A stretch of 64,000 bases of DNA, taken from positions 53,798 through 117,797 of the forward strand of contig CALGFD010000001.1 of assembly GCA_937881075.1 (NCBI GenBank), written 5' to 3'. Below the pieces are notes generated by a model. The model was given only the letters and a program-made list of their open reading frames with translations. It ran no database searches and was not told where the DNA came from. Positions 29,602-39,206 of this stretch are shown in pieces; positions within the stretch are counted from its first letter, which is position 1; each line of letters begins with the position of its first letter. Both the position numbers and the translations under genes were made by a program. This stretch comes from an uncultured Planctomycetales bacterium. Lineage in GTDB: Bacteria; Planctomycetota; Planctomycetia; Pirellulales; Thermoguttaceae.

Positions 29602-29699
29602 GCGACTTCTGAGTTTCGCAACTATTATCCGTGGCCCCGCCAACAAGTCTCGTCTGCCGAAAGTCGGCCGTTCCGCTTTGGCGGATTCACCGCGGATTT

Positions 29700-30404
29700 C
29701 TATTTCGCCTTCAGGCTGCCAGTCACCAGCGGCGCCCACCTGGACAGTTGGGAATTGGCTTCCAGGGTGCTCGGCATTCGCCAAGCGACCAGAACAATCG
29801 AACCGCCTTGCTCATGGAGGTACACCTCCAGCAGGCCATCCATCGTCGGATAGCTTTCCGCGCCGGCCTTGTCGCGGCAATAAAAGACCTGCTTGCCGGT
29901 CGCCCGCAGCATGCGCCACTGGTTCGCGCCGCCGTCGGCCGTCGGGGCTTGAACGCCCACCCACTCGCCCTGCGGCGTCAGTTGGGTCTTCATCTGTTTT
30001 TGCAACTCCGCCGCTACCTGGGCCAGCTTCTGGCCTCCGCCGACTGAGCCGACGTACAAATAGTAGGGCTGTTCGCCGCCCACCGAGTCACGCACCATCA
30101 CTTCGTACACGGTCAAGCTGCCTGGTAAGGTGATCGGGCCGGCGTTCGTCCGCCGTTGATCGGCGCCCTCCAAAGCCGCCTGGCAAGTGCCCGGCAGACG
30201 TATCGTGAAGTTCGCGCCAGCGACCGGCGTCGGGTCGCGCAACTCATTGGCAACCGCATTCAATTTTCGGATACAGCCAGACAGCCGCTCCTCGTAACCG
30301 CCGGTCCCGCAACCGGCCAGCACAACGAGCGAAGCGACTGCCACGGCCAGCACCGCCAAGTTCCCCGAGGGGACGCAGGCGTTGCGGAGGAACCTTCCAT
30401 TCAT
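29700..30404 (-). CDS. putative lipoprotein (234 aa)
   Basis: Signal peptide with lipobox (LAVLAVAVASLVVLAGC|GTG). No other domain recognised. Confidence 0.55.
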   Translation of the reverse strand: MNGRFLRNACVPSGNLAVLAVAVASLVVLAGCGTGGYEERLSGCIRKLNAVANELRDPTPVAGANFTIRLPGTCQAALEGADQRRTNAGPITLPGSLTVYEVMVRDSVGGEQPYYLYVGSVGGGQKLAQVAAELQKQMKTQLTPQGEWVGVQAPTADGGANQWRMLRATGKQVFYCRDKAGAESYPTMDGLLEVYLHEQGGSIVLVAWRMPSTLEANSQLSRWAPLVTGSLKAK

Positions 30405-30601
30405 TGTCGTTTACCTGAGCGATGGGACGTCGACTACGCGATTTTGCCCATTGTAGTCGTGCCGGCCGAGGGCTGCAAGAATCTCCCCTTCCCGGCCAAG
30501 TTCCCTCACTCTTGCAGGCTTTTGACCGGCCGCTCATCGTTGGCTTACGTCCAGCCGTTAGCGTGGATGCTTCGACCAAAACATCTTCCCGGGGAGGAGC
30601 G

Positions 30602-31075
30602 ATGAATCGAGAGGATTTTGTGAAGTTGGCCGGAGTGGGGGCAAGCAGCGGCGAGTCCACGCCCGTGGCGTTTCTGCTCAACAACAGTTACGCCTGCGCC
30701 GGGTATTACCATCCGGCGGTCAATGAAGACCTGATGAGCACCTGCGTGTTGTTGAACGCCCGATTGATCGAACTGCAGGGCTCGCAAAGCAGTGGCAACC
30801 GCCCGACGATCCAGGATTTCAATGAGTTCCTCGAGGAGATCGTCAACGGCCTTTGCGAATCGGAGGGCACGGCGGGAACACCGCTCAACCGCGACGCCTA
30901 TGGCAAGAGCGTTCCCTTAATGGCAGTCCCGTTTGCGCAAATCAGCGTCGTCTACCCGGTGGCCCATATCGGCGCCTTGATGCGGCGGGTGGAGAAGAAG
31001 CCCGATCAAGTGCCCAGCTTCTTCGATTTGGACCGCAGCGAGGTGGTCCGCTTGTTGCGAACCCGGCTGTGGTGA
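30602..31075 (+). CDS. hypothetical protein (~158 aa)
   Basis: ORF with start chosen at the internal ATG (MNREDFVKLAG); the upstream part of the 217-aa track ORF is Arg/Pro-rich noise. No family recognised. Confidence 0.45.
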   Translation: MNREDFVKLAGVGASSGESTPVAFLLNNSYACAGYYHPAVNEDLMSTCVLLNARLIELQGSQSSGNRPTIQDFNEFLEEIVNGLCESEGTAGTPLNRDAYGKSVPLMAVPFAQISVVYPVAHIGALMRRVEKKPDQVPSFFDLDRSEVVRLLRTRLW

Positions 31076-31267
31076 AGTGGCCTGGGCGCCAGCGATCGGC
31101 GGTGTCGGCAAAGACGGGGTATCGCTCGCTGGATGTGCGTCACTCGCTTTCTTAGGGGGGCGCTGTTGATTGACAAGAGGGGAATTCCTCGGTATCGTCA
31201 TTCTCATCAGTCGCTCGTGGGGGCGCCTTTCTTCTCGCAATCCGACGGCCAAGGCCTGGGGTGATTC

Positions 31268-32680
31268 ATGGCAATTTCTGTCCGTTGCCGATGTGGCAAG
31301 CCTCTTTCTGCGCCGCCAGCCATGGCCGGGAAGGCCGCCCAATGCCCAGCCTGCGGTAGCCGCGTTGAAGTGCCTTCCCAGGTTTCGCTGCCGCTCGTGG
31401 TCCCAGCGCCGCCAATGCCACCCGCCCTTGCGGATTCGAGAGAGACCGCCGATCGAGAGCCGTTCACCATTACGCAGATTCTAAATCGGCTGTTGATTGG
31501 TTGGTCGCTGCTCGCTTTCCTGACGGTAGTGATCGGCCTCCTATTATCCTCGCTCGGCACGGCCGCCGTCGTGCTCTTTGTGATTACGATGGTGGTGTCT
31601 GGACTCGTTCTGGACCTTTTGCTGGCGAAGAAGAAGGCTTTGCATTCGGGCATGGCCAACGCTTGGGCCGGCTTCCTGCAGGTCGCCGCTTGGGATCCTA
31701 CTGAGGGCGTCCTGTTCTTGAAAGATAAGAAGATTGAATACGTCGACAGTGATCCGACCGACGGCGGCGGGCTGCGACTGCTGTTTCCCTTTTTTGGCGA
31801 GGAAGAAGTCTGCCGCGTTCCCCTCGAGGTGCAAACCTCTGAATACTCGGACGAAAAAGTGCTAACCCGCGAGTACGTCCCCTTGAAACTGACGGGAACC
31901 ATCTATTGGAGAATTGCCGACGTAGCAAAGTTCTACCTGCTGGTGAGTCGGGAAATCCATAAGATCGACGACCGCGACGGGCATCGCGTTTACCAACCCG
32001 AGGCCGAAACAAGAGAACGCGGCAGGCTCCGTTCGGGCAGTGAGCATCAACTGGAAGCAGCCGAGGAATGGTTGCGGTTGATTGCGGAAGAACAAACTCG
32101 ATCGGTTGTCGCGCGTGTCCGAACCGGACTGCTCGTGGCAGAGGAAATCGCCGCGGCGCTGCCGCCCGGGCTGCGCGAGAATGCGACAACCGAGTCAGTT
32201 CCTGAACAAGCTGCCTCCGGCGTATCGTCGCCCTCTTCATCGAAGAGTTATCGATCGGCCGCAGAAGGGCTAGGTGATTCCATCCGAGAAGCCATGGCCG
32301 CGGTCGTGCCCGCTTACGGCATCTGCGTCGATCGAGTCTCGCTGCAAGAAGTGCGTCTGCCAGAGGGCATCCTCGCCCGAGCCGTCGAGGCCTGTACGAC
32401 GGCTTATCAACCGCTCATGGCCCACAGAAGGGCCACCGCCGACAAAATGCAGCTGGCGGCTGAAGCCGAGGGACGAAGGATGCTTCTGGCCGGGGAGGCA
32501 GACGTTGTCGGTCCCGAGACGGTTGCCAAACGCGAGGTGATCGGAAGCGTCCAACCGTTTGCGATGGGAGGGCGGGGAGGCTCGTTCCTCGATTTCCTCG
32601 CGTACTACTTCGAAGGCACGCCTCGTGAAAAGCTTGCTGACGAACGAGGCGCCAGTAAGAAGCAAATCGCCCAGGATTAG
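31268..32680 (+). CDS. membrane protein with N-terminal zinc-ribbon and SPFH/band-7-like domain
   Basis: N-terminal CRCG...CPACG zinc ribbon, two TM helices (LLIGWSLLAFLTVVIGLLLSSLGTAAVVLFVITMVVSGLVLDLLL), then a segment with an SPFH-like pattern (VPLEVQTSEYSDEKVLTREYVPLKLTGTIYWRIADVAKFY). Confidence 0.5.
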   Translation: MAISVRCRCGKPLSAPPAMAGKAAQCPACGSRVEVPSQVSLPLVVPAPPMPPALADSRETADREPFTITQILNRLLIGWSLLAFLTVVIGLLLSSLGTAAVVLFVITMVVSGLVLDLLLAKKKALHSGMANAWAGFLQVAAWDPTEGVLFLKDKKIEYVDSDPTDGGGLRLLFPFFGEEEVCRVPLEVQTSEYSDEKVLTREYVPLKLTGTIYWRIADVAKFYLLVSREIHKIDDRDGHRVYQPEAETRERGRLRSGSEHQLEAAEEWLRLIAEEQTRSVVARVRTGLLVAEEIAAALPPGLRENATTESVPEQAASGVSSPSSSKSYRSAAEGLGDSIREAMAAVVPAYGICVDRVSLQEVRLPEGILARAVEACTTAYQPLMAHRRATADKMQLAAEAEGRRMLLAGEADVVGPETVAKREVIGSVQPFAMGGRGGSFLDFLAYYFEGTPREKLADERGASKKQIAQD

Positions 32681-32812
32681 ACGCAACACGACACAGAGTG
32701 TCGGTTCCGCCCGTACACCCCTTCGCTTTGCCTGAAGGAATGACGACGAGGCGACAAACCGGGACCGCAGGCAAAGAACGCCCGAGGTCCCTGATCTGGC
32801 CTGTCGCAGATC

Positions 32813-34231
32813 CTACTTGCCGAACGTCAGCCCGGGGTCATTCGGGTTTTCGCCTGGCAGTTTGAAGGTGAATTGACTGTCGCCGGCCATCTTTACCTGG
32901 CCGACCATCACCGGCGAGCCGTCCTTGTTGAGGATCAGCAGGTTATCGGCCACCGAGTAAGTACCGGTGAACTGCTGCGTCTTGCCTTTCTGGGTGAAAC
33001 GCCAACTGTATTGCTTGTCGTCACCCAGATTGAGCGCAATCGTGTTGCCTTCGCCGCGATCGGCCTTCCACTGACCGACCAACATCGCGCCGGTCACCGG
33101 CGTCGGTGGCGTCGCAGAAGCCGTGGCAGCAGGGGCCGGCGGAGCGTTGCTGGTCGTAGTCAGCGCGGTCACCAATTGGGCCGACAGCTTGTCCTGCGGG
33201 TTCAACTGTGCGGCCGCCTTGAATTGCTGGACAGCGTCGTTTGTGTGCTGGCAGGTCATGTAGTGATAGCCCAACAAGAATCGGGCGTAGGCTTCGTTGG
33301 GATTCTCGCGAACGAACTTCTCCAACGCCCGAAGCTGCTCGGTGTACTTGGCCACATCCTGGTAGAAGCCGGCCATCGTGGTCCAGTCCCAGCCGGGGCC
33401 GACCGAAAGCACGGCGTAAAGCCCGCCGGCAGCCACTTTGTAACGGCCCATCGCGAACAACACTAGCGAGCGGAACTCGTGGGCCACCGGATCGTTGGGC
33501 AGTTGGCCGATCGCCTTGTCGCACTGCGTCAGGGCAGCATTATAGTCGCCCTGGGCGAAAGCCGTGCGGGCGGCATTCAATAGGGCCATCGCCTGCTGCT
33601 GAGCGTTGTCGGGAATGCCATCCTCGTCAGCGTCGGGTGTGTCGGCCGCGTTGCCGTTCGGCGCCGAGGCCATCGGCAGCGGCTGCCCGTAGTCGATCGT
33701 GGTGTCACCGAGCACCACGGGTGCGCCGCAGTAGGGATTGCTGTAGGTCCAATAGCCCCAGGCCCACGGCACGTCGAGCGCCGAGCCCGCCCAGAAGCCG
33801 GCCGCCCACCAGGCCGCCGGACCGTTCCACCAGGGATGATTCCAGTGGCCGTGCCACCAATCGGGATGCGGACCGGGGTGGGGACCAGGGTGTGGCCCGG
33901 GATGATTGCCGTGGTTGGCCCAGTTGTTGTAATTGAACGAGCGGTTCGTTCCGGTGTTTTGACCCCAGGGCGATCGTGAGGAGTTCGGCGTAGCGTGCTG
34001 TCCCGACCAGTTGTGCGTCTCGCCGCCACGATAACCGCCGAAATTCTCGCCACCATGGTATCCACCATAGGCGCCGGAGCCACCGTGATAACCTCCCGAG
34101 TATCCGCCGCGAGAGCCGCCTGAAAAGCCTCCACCGCCGCCGCGAGCACCACCGCCACCGCGGGCCATGACGTCGGAAGCTGCCAGCAGTAATACGGCGA
34201 GGACGCCGAGCGTTTTCAAAAGTCTGGTCAC
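32813..34231 (-). CDS. secreted Gly/Tyr-rich, HPG-repeat, Trp-rich protein with central TPR-like repeats (472 aa)
   Basis: Signal peptide. RGG/YGG low-complexity run (GGGGARGGGGGFSGGSRGGYSGGYHGGSGAYGGYHGG), (HPGP)x4, W-rich block (WWHGHWNHPWWNGPAAWWAAGFW), then TPR-like helices (AYARFLLGYHYM...). Confidence 0.6.
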   Translation of the reverse strand: MTRLLKTLGVLAVLLLAASDVMARGGGGARGGGGGFSGGSRGGYSGGYHGGSGAYGGYHGGENFGGYRGGETHNWSGQHATPNSSRSPWGQNTGTNRSFNYNNWANHGNHPGPHPGPHPGPHPDWWHGHWNHPWWNGPAAWWAAGFWAGSALDVPWAWGYWTYSNPYCGAPVVLGDTTIDYGQPLPMASAPNGNAADTPDADEDGIPDNAQQQAMALLNAARTAFAQGDYNAALTQCDKAIGQLPNDPVAHEFRSLVLFAMGRYKVAAGGLYAVLSVGPGWDWTTMAGFYQDVAKYTEQLRALEKFVRENPNEAYARFLLGYHYMTCQHTNDAVQQFKAAAQLNPQDKLSAQLVTALTTTSNAPPAPAATASATPPTPVTGAMLVGQWKADRGEGNTIALNLGDDKQYSWRFTQKGKTQQFTGTYSVADNLLILNKDGSPVMVGQVKMAGDSQFTFKLPGENPNDPGLTFGK

Positions 34232-34334
34232 TGGAAAATCTCCTAAGAGGTGTTGTCTTTAGCCGGGAGTCAACGGGTCTCTTCCGGGAACTGTTAGCTC
34301 CCGGCAATTGTCAAATGCGAAAGTTCATCCGTCG

Positions 34335-35432
34335 CTATTTCAGCGAGCCGGAAAGATCTTCAATCACCTCCGGCTGGTCCATTGAGACGCTCTTCACATC
34401 TTTCACATCGAGATCGACTTCGCTGAGGTCGATCATGCGAATCCGACGGTTGGCGTAAGTGTGGAAGTAATAACGGCGGTTCTTTAAGTCCGAGGCGGCC
34501 GTCCACATCGTGAAGTCGGCCGTGGTCTTGCCGTCGTCGTTGCCGCGGGCAACGCCCTTGGGAATATCGAACTGGTTGAGGAGGTGAAAGGCCTGCAACA
34601 CGGCTTGTCCGGCCGTTTCGACCGGCAACGCCGATTGCGAAAAAGCCACCGCGCGGACGAAACGCGAGGGCGGGGTGAAATCACCCGGCAGCCCCAGCGT
34701 TCCAGTCCCTTGGCCGAAGCCGGGGATCTTCATGCCCGAAAGATCAAGGGCCGGCACGTTGGTGACGCTCAGGTTGACGTAGTTGGCGAGGTTCGTGATG
34801 TGCCAATCGAAGGTCGGGGCGTTGGTGATCACGCCCAGCGGATTGTCGTGAATCTTCAGTTCGCCGCCGACGTATTCCAGCACGGCCGAGCGGCCGCTGG
34901 CGTCGTGGAGTGCATAATGGAACGTCGGCGCCAGGTCGACCTTGGGCAAGCGGACGTCGCTGACGCGAATTTTTTGGACGGCCGCCAGCGCCTCATCGAG
35001 GTTCTGGCAAGTGGTGAGCAGATAGAGAGGCAGTTCCCAAGCGGCCAGGGCCCGGCCGAAGTCGGCCTCGTCGACCTTTTGATACTCGGCATAGCTGGGG
35101 AAGAAGAAGATGCCGGCCGCCAAGCCTTTTTCGTTCACGCCGTCGACGATCACCGGCAGATCCAGACCATTCGCGCCGGCCACCGCGTACTTGGTCTTCC
35201 ATACCATGCCCGGTTTGTTGTCCGGGGCCGTGCCGGTATATTCCTTGTTTCGCGGCACGACAATCACTTTCGACTGTAAATCGAAAGCGAACTCCAAGGT
35301 TCGCGCGTAGACCACCGTGCCGTCGGCCGCCTTCAGGCGAATGCCCGTGCAGGCCACGCTTGGCGAGACCACCGAAATGAGCGCCGTGGAAAACGCCAAA
35401 GCGGCGAGCGAGCGGCAAAAAGAAGTATTCAT
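34335..35432 (-). CDS. choloylglycine hydrolase family protein (Ntn-hydrolase; penicillin V acylase / linear amide C-N hydrolase-like)
   Basis: Signal peptide followed directly by the nucleophile Cys (..SVA|CTGIRLKAADG), the hallmark of the CGH/PVA Ntn-hydrolase family. Length is 365 aa. Confidence 0.75.
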   Translation of the reverse strand: MNTSFCRSLAALAFSTALISVVSPSVACTGIRLKAADGTVVYARTLEFAFDLQSKVIVVPRNKEYTGTAPDNKPGMVWKTKYAVAGANGLDLPVIVDGVNEKGLAAGIFFFPSYAEYQKVDEADFGRALAAWELPLYLLTTCQNLDEALAAVQKIRVSDVRLPKVDLAPTFHYALHDASGRSAVLEYVGGELKIHDNPLGVITNAPTFDWHITNLANYVNLSVTNVPALDLSGMKIPGFGQGTGTLGLPGDFTPPSRFVRAVAFSQSALPVETAGQAVLQAFHLLNQFDIPKGVARGNDDGKTTADFTMWTAASDLKNRRYYFHTYANRRIRMIDLSEVDLDVKDVKSVSMDQPEVIEDLSGSLK

Positions 35433-35785
35433 GGATCGCTCCCATGCGTTCAGGATCGGCTTGGAAAGGGGCCGCCGGCAGGAATCTGAACCACTGCCCG
35501 ACCGCCCCCGAACAGAGATTTCGATAGGAAACTCTAGGTCACGGTTGCGGTCGACCGGGATCGACTAGGGCGATTCTTTCGCTGGTTGCGGTTGGGTGGG
35601 GTGTGGCGGCTGTGCTGAGGGCGAGTCGCGCTCCGTGACGCCTAGACAAAGGGTCGACCAGACGGCATGGCCTGGGCCACGGGGGCATTTCCCTCTTTGC
35701 GCCTTGGCGAGCGGTTTTTCTGCCGCACACAATGCCCTGTGGTGGCGTCGTCGGCCGCTAAACCAGGCTTTCAAGGTTCCTGCGC

Positions 35786-35825
35786 AAACAAAAACCGCCG
35801 AGCCACAAGTGTTGTGACCCGGCGG
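35786..35825 (-). terminator. rho-independent terminator downstream of the EF-G paralogue (minus strand)
   Basis: On the minus strand this reads CCGCCGGGTCACAACACTTGTGGCTCGGCGG followed by TTTTTGTTTG, i.e. a GC-rich extended hairpin plus a T-run. Confidence 0.5.
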
Positions 35826-35927
35826 TGCCTTCGTCTTATTGGTGAGGCTCGCTGGCGCTCGACCCACCCCTACTGATTAATCAATTTTGCATTCTGCATT
35901 TTTCAATTTGCAGTCTGCAATTGCTCT

Positions 35928-38027
35928 CTACTCTTCTTCCTCTTCCTTCATCTGCGACTTGGCGATGATGTCCTGCATCACGTTGCCCGGCACGATGTCG
36001 TAGTGGCTGAACTCGATCGAGTAGCTGCCACGGCCGCCGGTGATGCTCGAGAGGCTGCGGGCGTAGGTGGTCACTTCGGCCAGCGGCACTTCGGCGATCA
36101 CCGTCTGCAAGTCGCCGCCCGCCGAGTCCATGCTCAGCACGCGGCCGCGGCGGCCCGACATATCGCTGTTGATGTCACCGACGTTGCCGGTGGGCACGGT
36201 GACTTCGATCTTCACGATCGGCTCCAACAGCGACGGCTTGGCCTGCTGGAAGACGTTGCGGAAGGCCATCGAACCGGCCGTCTTAAAGGCCTGCTCCGAG
36301 CTGTCGACCGGGTGGTGCTTGCCGAAGTGGACTTCGACGGCCACGTTCTGCACCTTGTAGCCGGCGATCACGCCGCGCTCGATGCGTTCGCGGAAGCCCT
36401 TTTCAATGGCCGGCAGGAAGTTGCCGGGGATCGTGCCGCCGACAATCGAGTCGACCCACAGGAAGTTGTTCGCCTCGTCGTAGTGGGTCTCTTTGAGGTT
36501 GGGGAAGCGGTCCTTGTTGGCCCACTCTTCGATGTTGACGTCCTTCGGCATCGGGAACATGCGGATATGCACTTCGCCGAACTGGCCGCGGCCGCCGGTC
36601 TGCTTCTTGTGGCGGTACATGCCTTCGGCGTTGGCCTGGATCGTCTCGCGATAGGGGATCTTCGGCTCGCGAGTTTCGACTTCCACCTTGTCGCGGCGCT
36701 TGAGACGCTCGCGGAGCACCTGGAGGTGCAATTCGCTCATGCCGGTGATCACCATTTCCTTGGTCTGCGGGTCGAGCTCGCGGTGGAACGTCGAGTCCTC
36801 TTCGCAAATCTTCTGCAACGCGCCGGAGAGCTTGCCTTCGTCGCCGCGGCTCTTCGGCGTGGCGGCCAAGCCGACCATCGGCGTCGGGAAGGGGATCGGC
36901 GGCATCACGAGTTCGCCGATCGTGGTGCCGGTGTGCAGGTCTTCGACCTTGGCCACGGCGACGATCGCTCCCGGGCCGGCTTCATCGGCCGGCTGGGTTT
37001 CTTCGGCCTGGACGGTCAAGAGGTTCGAGAGTTTCACCCCTTTGCGAGCGCCGGAAGCGGCAACGGTGGCGTCTTTCTTCAGTGTGCCGGAGAAGACGCG
37101 GATGAAATTGAGCTTCTGTACGAAGGGGTCGATGCGGGTCTTGAAGACCTGCCCGACCAGCGGACCGTTCGGATCGGCCTGGACTTCGACTTCCTCGCCG
37201 GCGGCGTTCTTGGCCGTCCGGGTCAGAGCGTTCGGCGGCAGGGCGCACATGCCCAAGGCTTCGATCAGTTCGGGCAAACCGACGCCCGTCTTGCCCGACA
37301 CGCAGACGATCGGGATCAACGAGCCTTGGGCGACCGCCGTGACGATCAACCGCGAAACTTCCTCGTCCGTCGGCGGCGTGCCTTCGAAGTATCGCTCGGT
37401 GACTTGCTCGTCGACCTCGATGATGGTCTCCAACAGCGAATCGCTGATTTCGCTGGGATCGATCAGGGCGCCCGCCGTGTCGGCCGGCGGCTTCAGTGTG
37501 CTGGCCACGCCGCGGAACCCGCTGCCTTGTCCCAACGGCACGTTCAGCAGCACGCACCCCTTGCCGAACAACTCCTGAATGTTGTCGACCAAAGTGGTGA
37601 AGTCGATGTTGTCGGCGTCCATCCGGTTGATGATGATCATGCGGCCGAGGCCGGCCTTCTTGGCCTCGGCGAACACGCGGCGGGTGTTCACTTCGATGCC
37701 CGATTGGGCGTTGATCACGATCGCCGCCGTGTCGACGCCGCGCAGAGCGCCGATCGCCTGGCCGATGTAATCCGGATAGCCCGGGGTGTCGATCAGGTTG
37801 AAGTACTTGCCGTTCTGCTCACAGTGGACGACCGTCGACTCGATCGTGTACTTGTGGTGCTTCTCTTCTTCGTCGAAGTCGCAGATGCTGGTGCCGTCGT
37901 CCACGCTGGCATTGCGGTTGATCGTCCCGGTGCTGGTGAGAATCTTGTCGACCAAGGTGGTCTTGCCGGCCGACCCGTGTCCACAGAAGGCAATATTGCG
38001 GATTTGTTCGACTGAGTACTTGGCCAT
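35928..38027 (-). CDS. elongation factor G paralogue (EF-G-like translational GTPase, ~699 aa)
   Basis: G-domain motifs (AFCGHGSAGKTTL, DTPGYPDY, NRMD), domains II-V. Start at MAKYSVEQIRNI (63 codons downstream of the track start). Not in an str-operon context, hence likely a second copy. Confidence 0.85.
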   Translation of the reverse strand: MAKYSVEQIRNIAFCGHGSAGKTTLVDKILTSTGTINRNASVDDGTSICDFDEEEKHHKYTIESTVVHCEQNGKYFNLIDTPGYPDYIGQAIGALRGVDTAAIVINAQSGIEVNTRRVFAEAKKAGLGRMIIINRMDADNIDFTTLVDNIQELFGKGCVLLNVPLGQGSGFRGVASTLKPPADTAGALIDPSEISDSLLETIIEVDEQVTERYFEGTPPTDEEVSRLIVTAVAQGSLIPIVCVSGKTGVGLPELIEALGMCALPPNALTRTAKNAAGEEVEVQADPNGPLVGQVFKTRIDPFVQKLNFIRVFSGTLKKDATVAASGARKGVKLSNLLTVQAEETQPADEAGPGAIVAVAKVEDLHTGTTIGELVMPPIPFPTPMVGLAATPKSRGDEGKLSGALQKICEEDSTFHRELDPQTKEMVITGMSELHLQVLRERLKRRDKVEVETREPKIPYRETIQANAEGMYRHKKQTGGRGQFGEVHIRMFPMPKDVNIEEWANKDRFPNLKETHYDEANNFLWVDSIVGGTIPGNFLPAIEKGFRERIERGVIAGYKVQNVAVEVHFGKHHPVDSSEQAFKTAGSMAFRNVFQQAKPSLLEPIVKIEVTVPTGNVGDINSDMSGRRGRVLSMDSAGGDLQTVIAEVPLAEVTTYARSLSSITGGRGSYSIEFSHYDIVPGNVMQDIIAKSQMKEEEEE

Positions 38028-38175
38028 GAAAGCTATCCTTCGACGGTAAAAAAGGAGTCCGATTAGTCTGTTGCGATTCGTCTTCGGGGGGCCATGCCCG
38101 CGCGGGTCGTGGGCATGCTTCCTTTCGAGTTTTCTCGTGGCCACGCTCCTCGTGGCCATGGTCCCCGTCCTTTCC

Positions 38176-38910
38176 CTAGGTAAGACACTCTTTATTGTCC
38201 CCTGCCGCGGCAATTGCCTCGGGCAGTGTCAATGTTCCTTCATACAGGGCCCGACCAATGATACAGCCGGCCATTGGCACGGCCGCCAGGCGGGCAACGT
38301 CGTCGCGGTTGGTCACGCCGCCGCTGGCCACCACCGGCCATGAAACCGCGCTTTTCATCGCGGTCATCGCCGGCACGTTCGGCCCACTCATCATTCCATC
38401 GGTGCCAATGTCCGTATAGATTAACGCGGCTACCGGCTCGCCGGCAAACCAGCCGGCCAGTTCCACGGCCGAGACGTCGCTCGTTTCCAGCCAGCCATCG
38501 GTCGCCACGCGGCCATCGCGAGCGTCAATGCCCAGCACCAGGCGGTTCGGATACTTGCGGCACATCTGGCGGAACCAGTCGGGCTCGCGGAGGGCCAAGG
38601 TGCCAATAACCAGGTGCTGGAGCCCCAGATCGAGCAGTTCACGGATGGTCTCTTCGCTACGAATCCCGCCGCCTAGCTCGCAGGGGATGCCGGTGGCCTT
38701 GGCGATGGCCGCCACGTGGGAGAGATTCGCCGGCTTGCCCAGTTTGGCGCCGTCGAGATCCACCAGATGCAGGCAGGTCGCTCCGAGACTGACCCAATGC
38801 CGGGCCATGGCCACTGGATCCTCGCCGAAGACCGTTTCCTGGCCATAGTCTCCCTGCCGAAGGCGTACGCACTTCCCCCCGCGCAGATCGATTGCCGGCC
38901 AAATCTTCAC
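38176..38910 (-). CDS. hisA: 1-(5-phosphoribosyl)-5-[(5-phosphoribosylamino)methylideneamino]imidazole-4-carboxamide isomerase
   Basis: HisA (beta/alpha)8-barrel motifs (IWPAIDLRGGKCVRL, VVASGGV). Start placed at the GTG giving VKIWPAIDL; the track ORF extends further upstream with non-homologous sequence. Confidence 0.8.
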   Translation of the reverse strand: MKIWPAIDLRGGKCVRLRQGDYGQETVFGEDPVAMARHWVSLGATCLHLVDLDGAKLGKPANLSHVAAIAKATGIPCELGGGIRSEETIRELLDLGLQHLVIGTLALREPDWFRQMCRKYPNRLVLGIDARDGRVATDGWLETSDVSAVELAGWFAGEPVAALIYTDIGTDGMMSGPNVPAMTAMKSAVSWPVVASGGVTNRDDVARLAAVPMAGCIIGRALYEGTLTLPEAIAAAGDNKECLT

Positions 38911-39206
38911 GCGACTGCTGCTCCTGCCCGCGGCTCGGGCAAAAAGGCAAAACGGGCAATATGACACAGATTTCGGCCGCCTGCAAGCGGGCGGAAGGGC
39001 AGCGAAGAATGCAGACCACAATGCGGTCGCAGAATCCGTGAAGGGGCAATTGCGGATTTAGGATGTAGGATTTCGGATTTGAGTCAGCGGGAGGCTCGCC
39101 GCTCAGGCGACGGAGTCTCATCGCTGTCTGCCCGAACTGCCGCAACGCCAACGTCTGCCGCCATGGCGTTAAATCCTCAATCCAAAATCAAAATATCCTG
39201 GATTCC

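Noticed and set aside
36003-38015. 670-aa plus-strand ORF covering the EF-G paralogue
   Set aside because: Antisense to EF-G with canonical G-domain motifs; the product has no domain and Ala/Arg/Gly/Asp low complexity.
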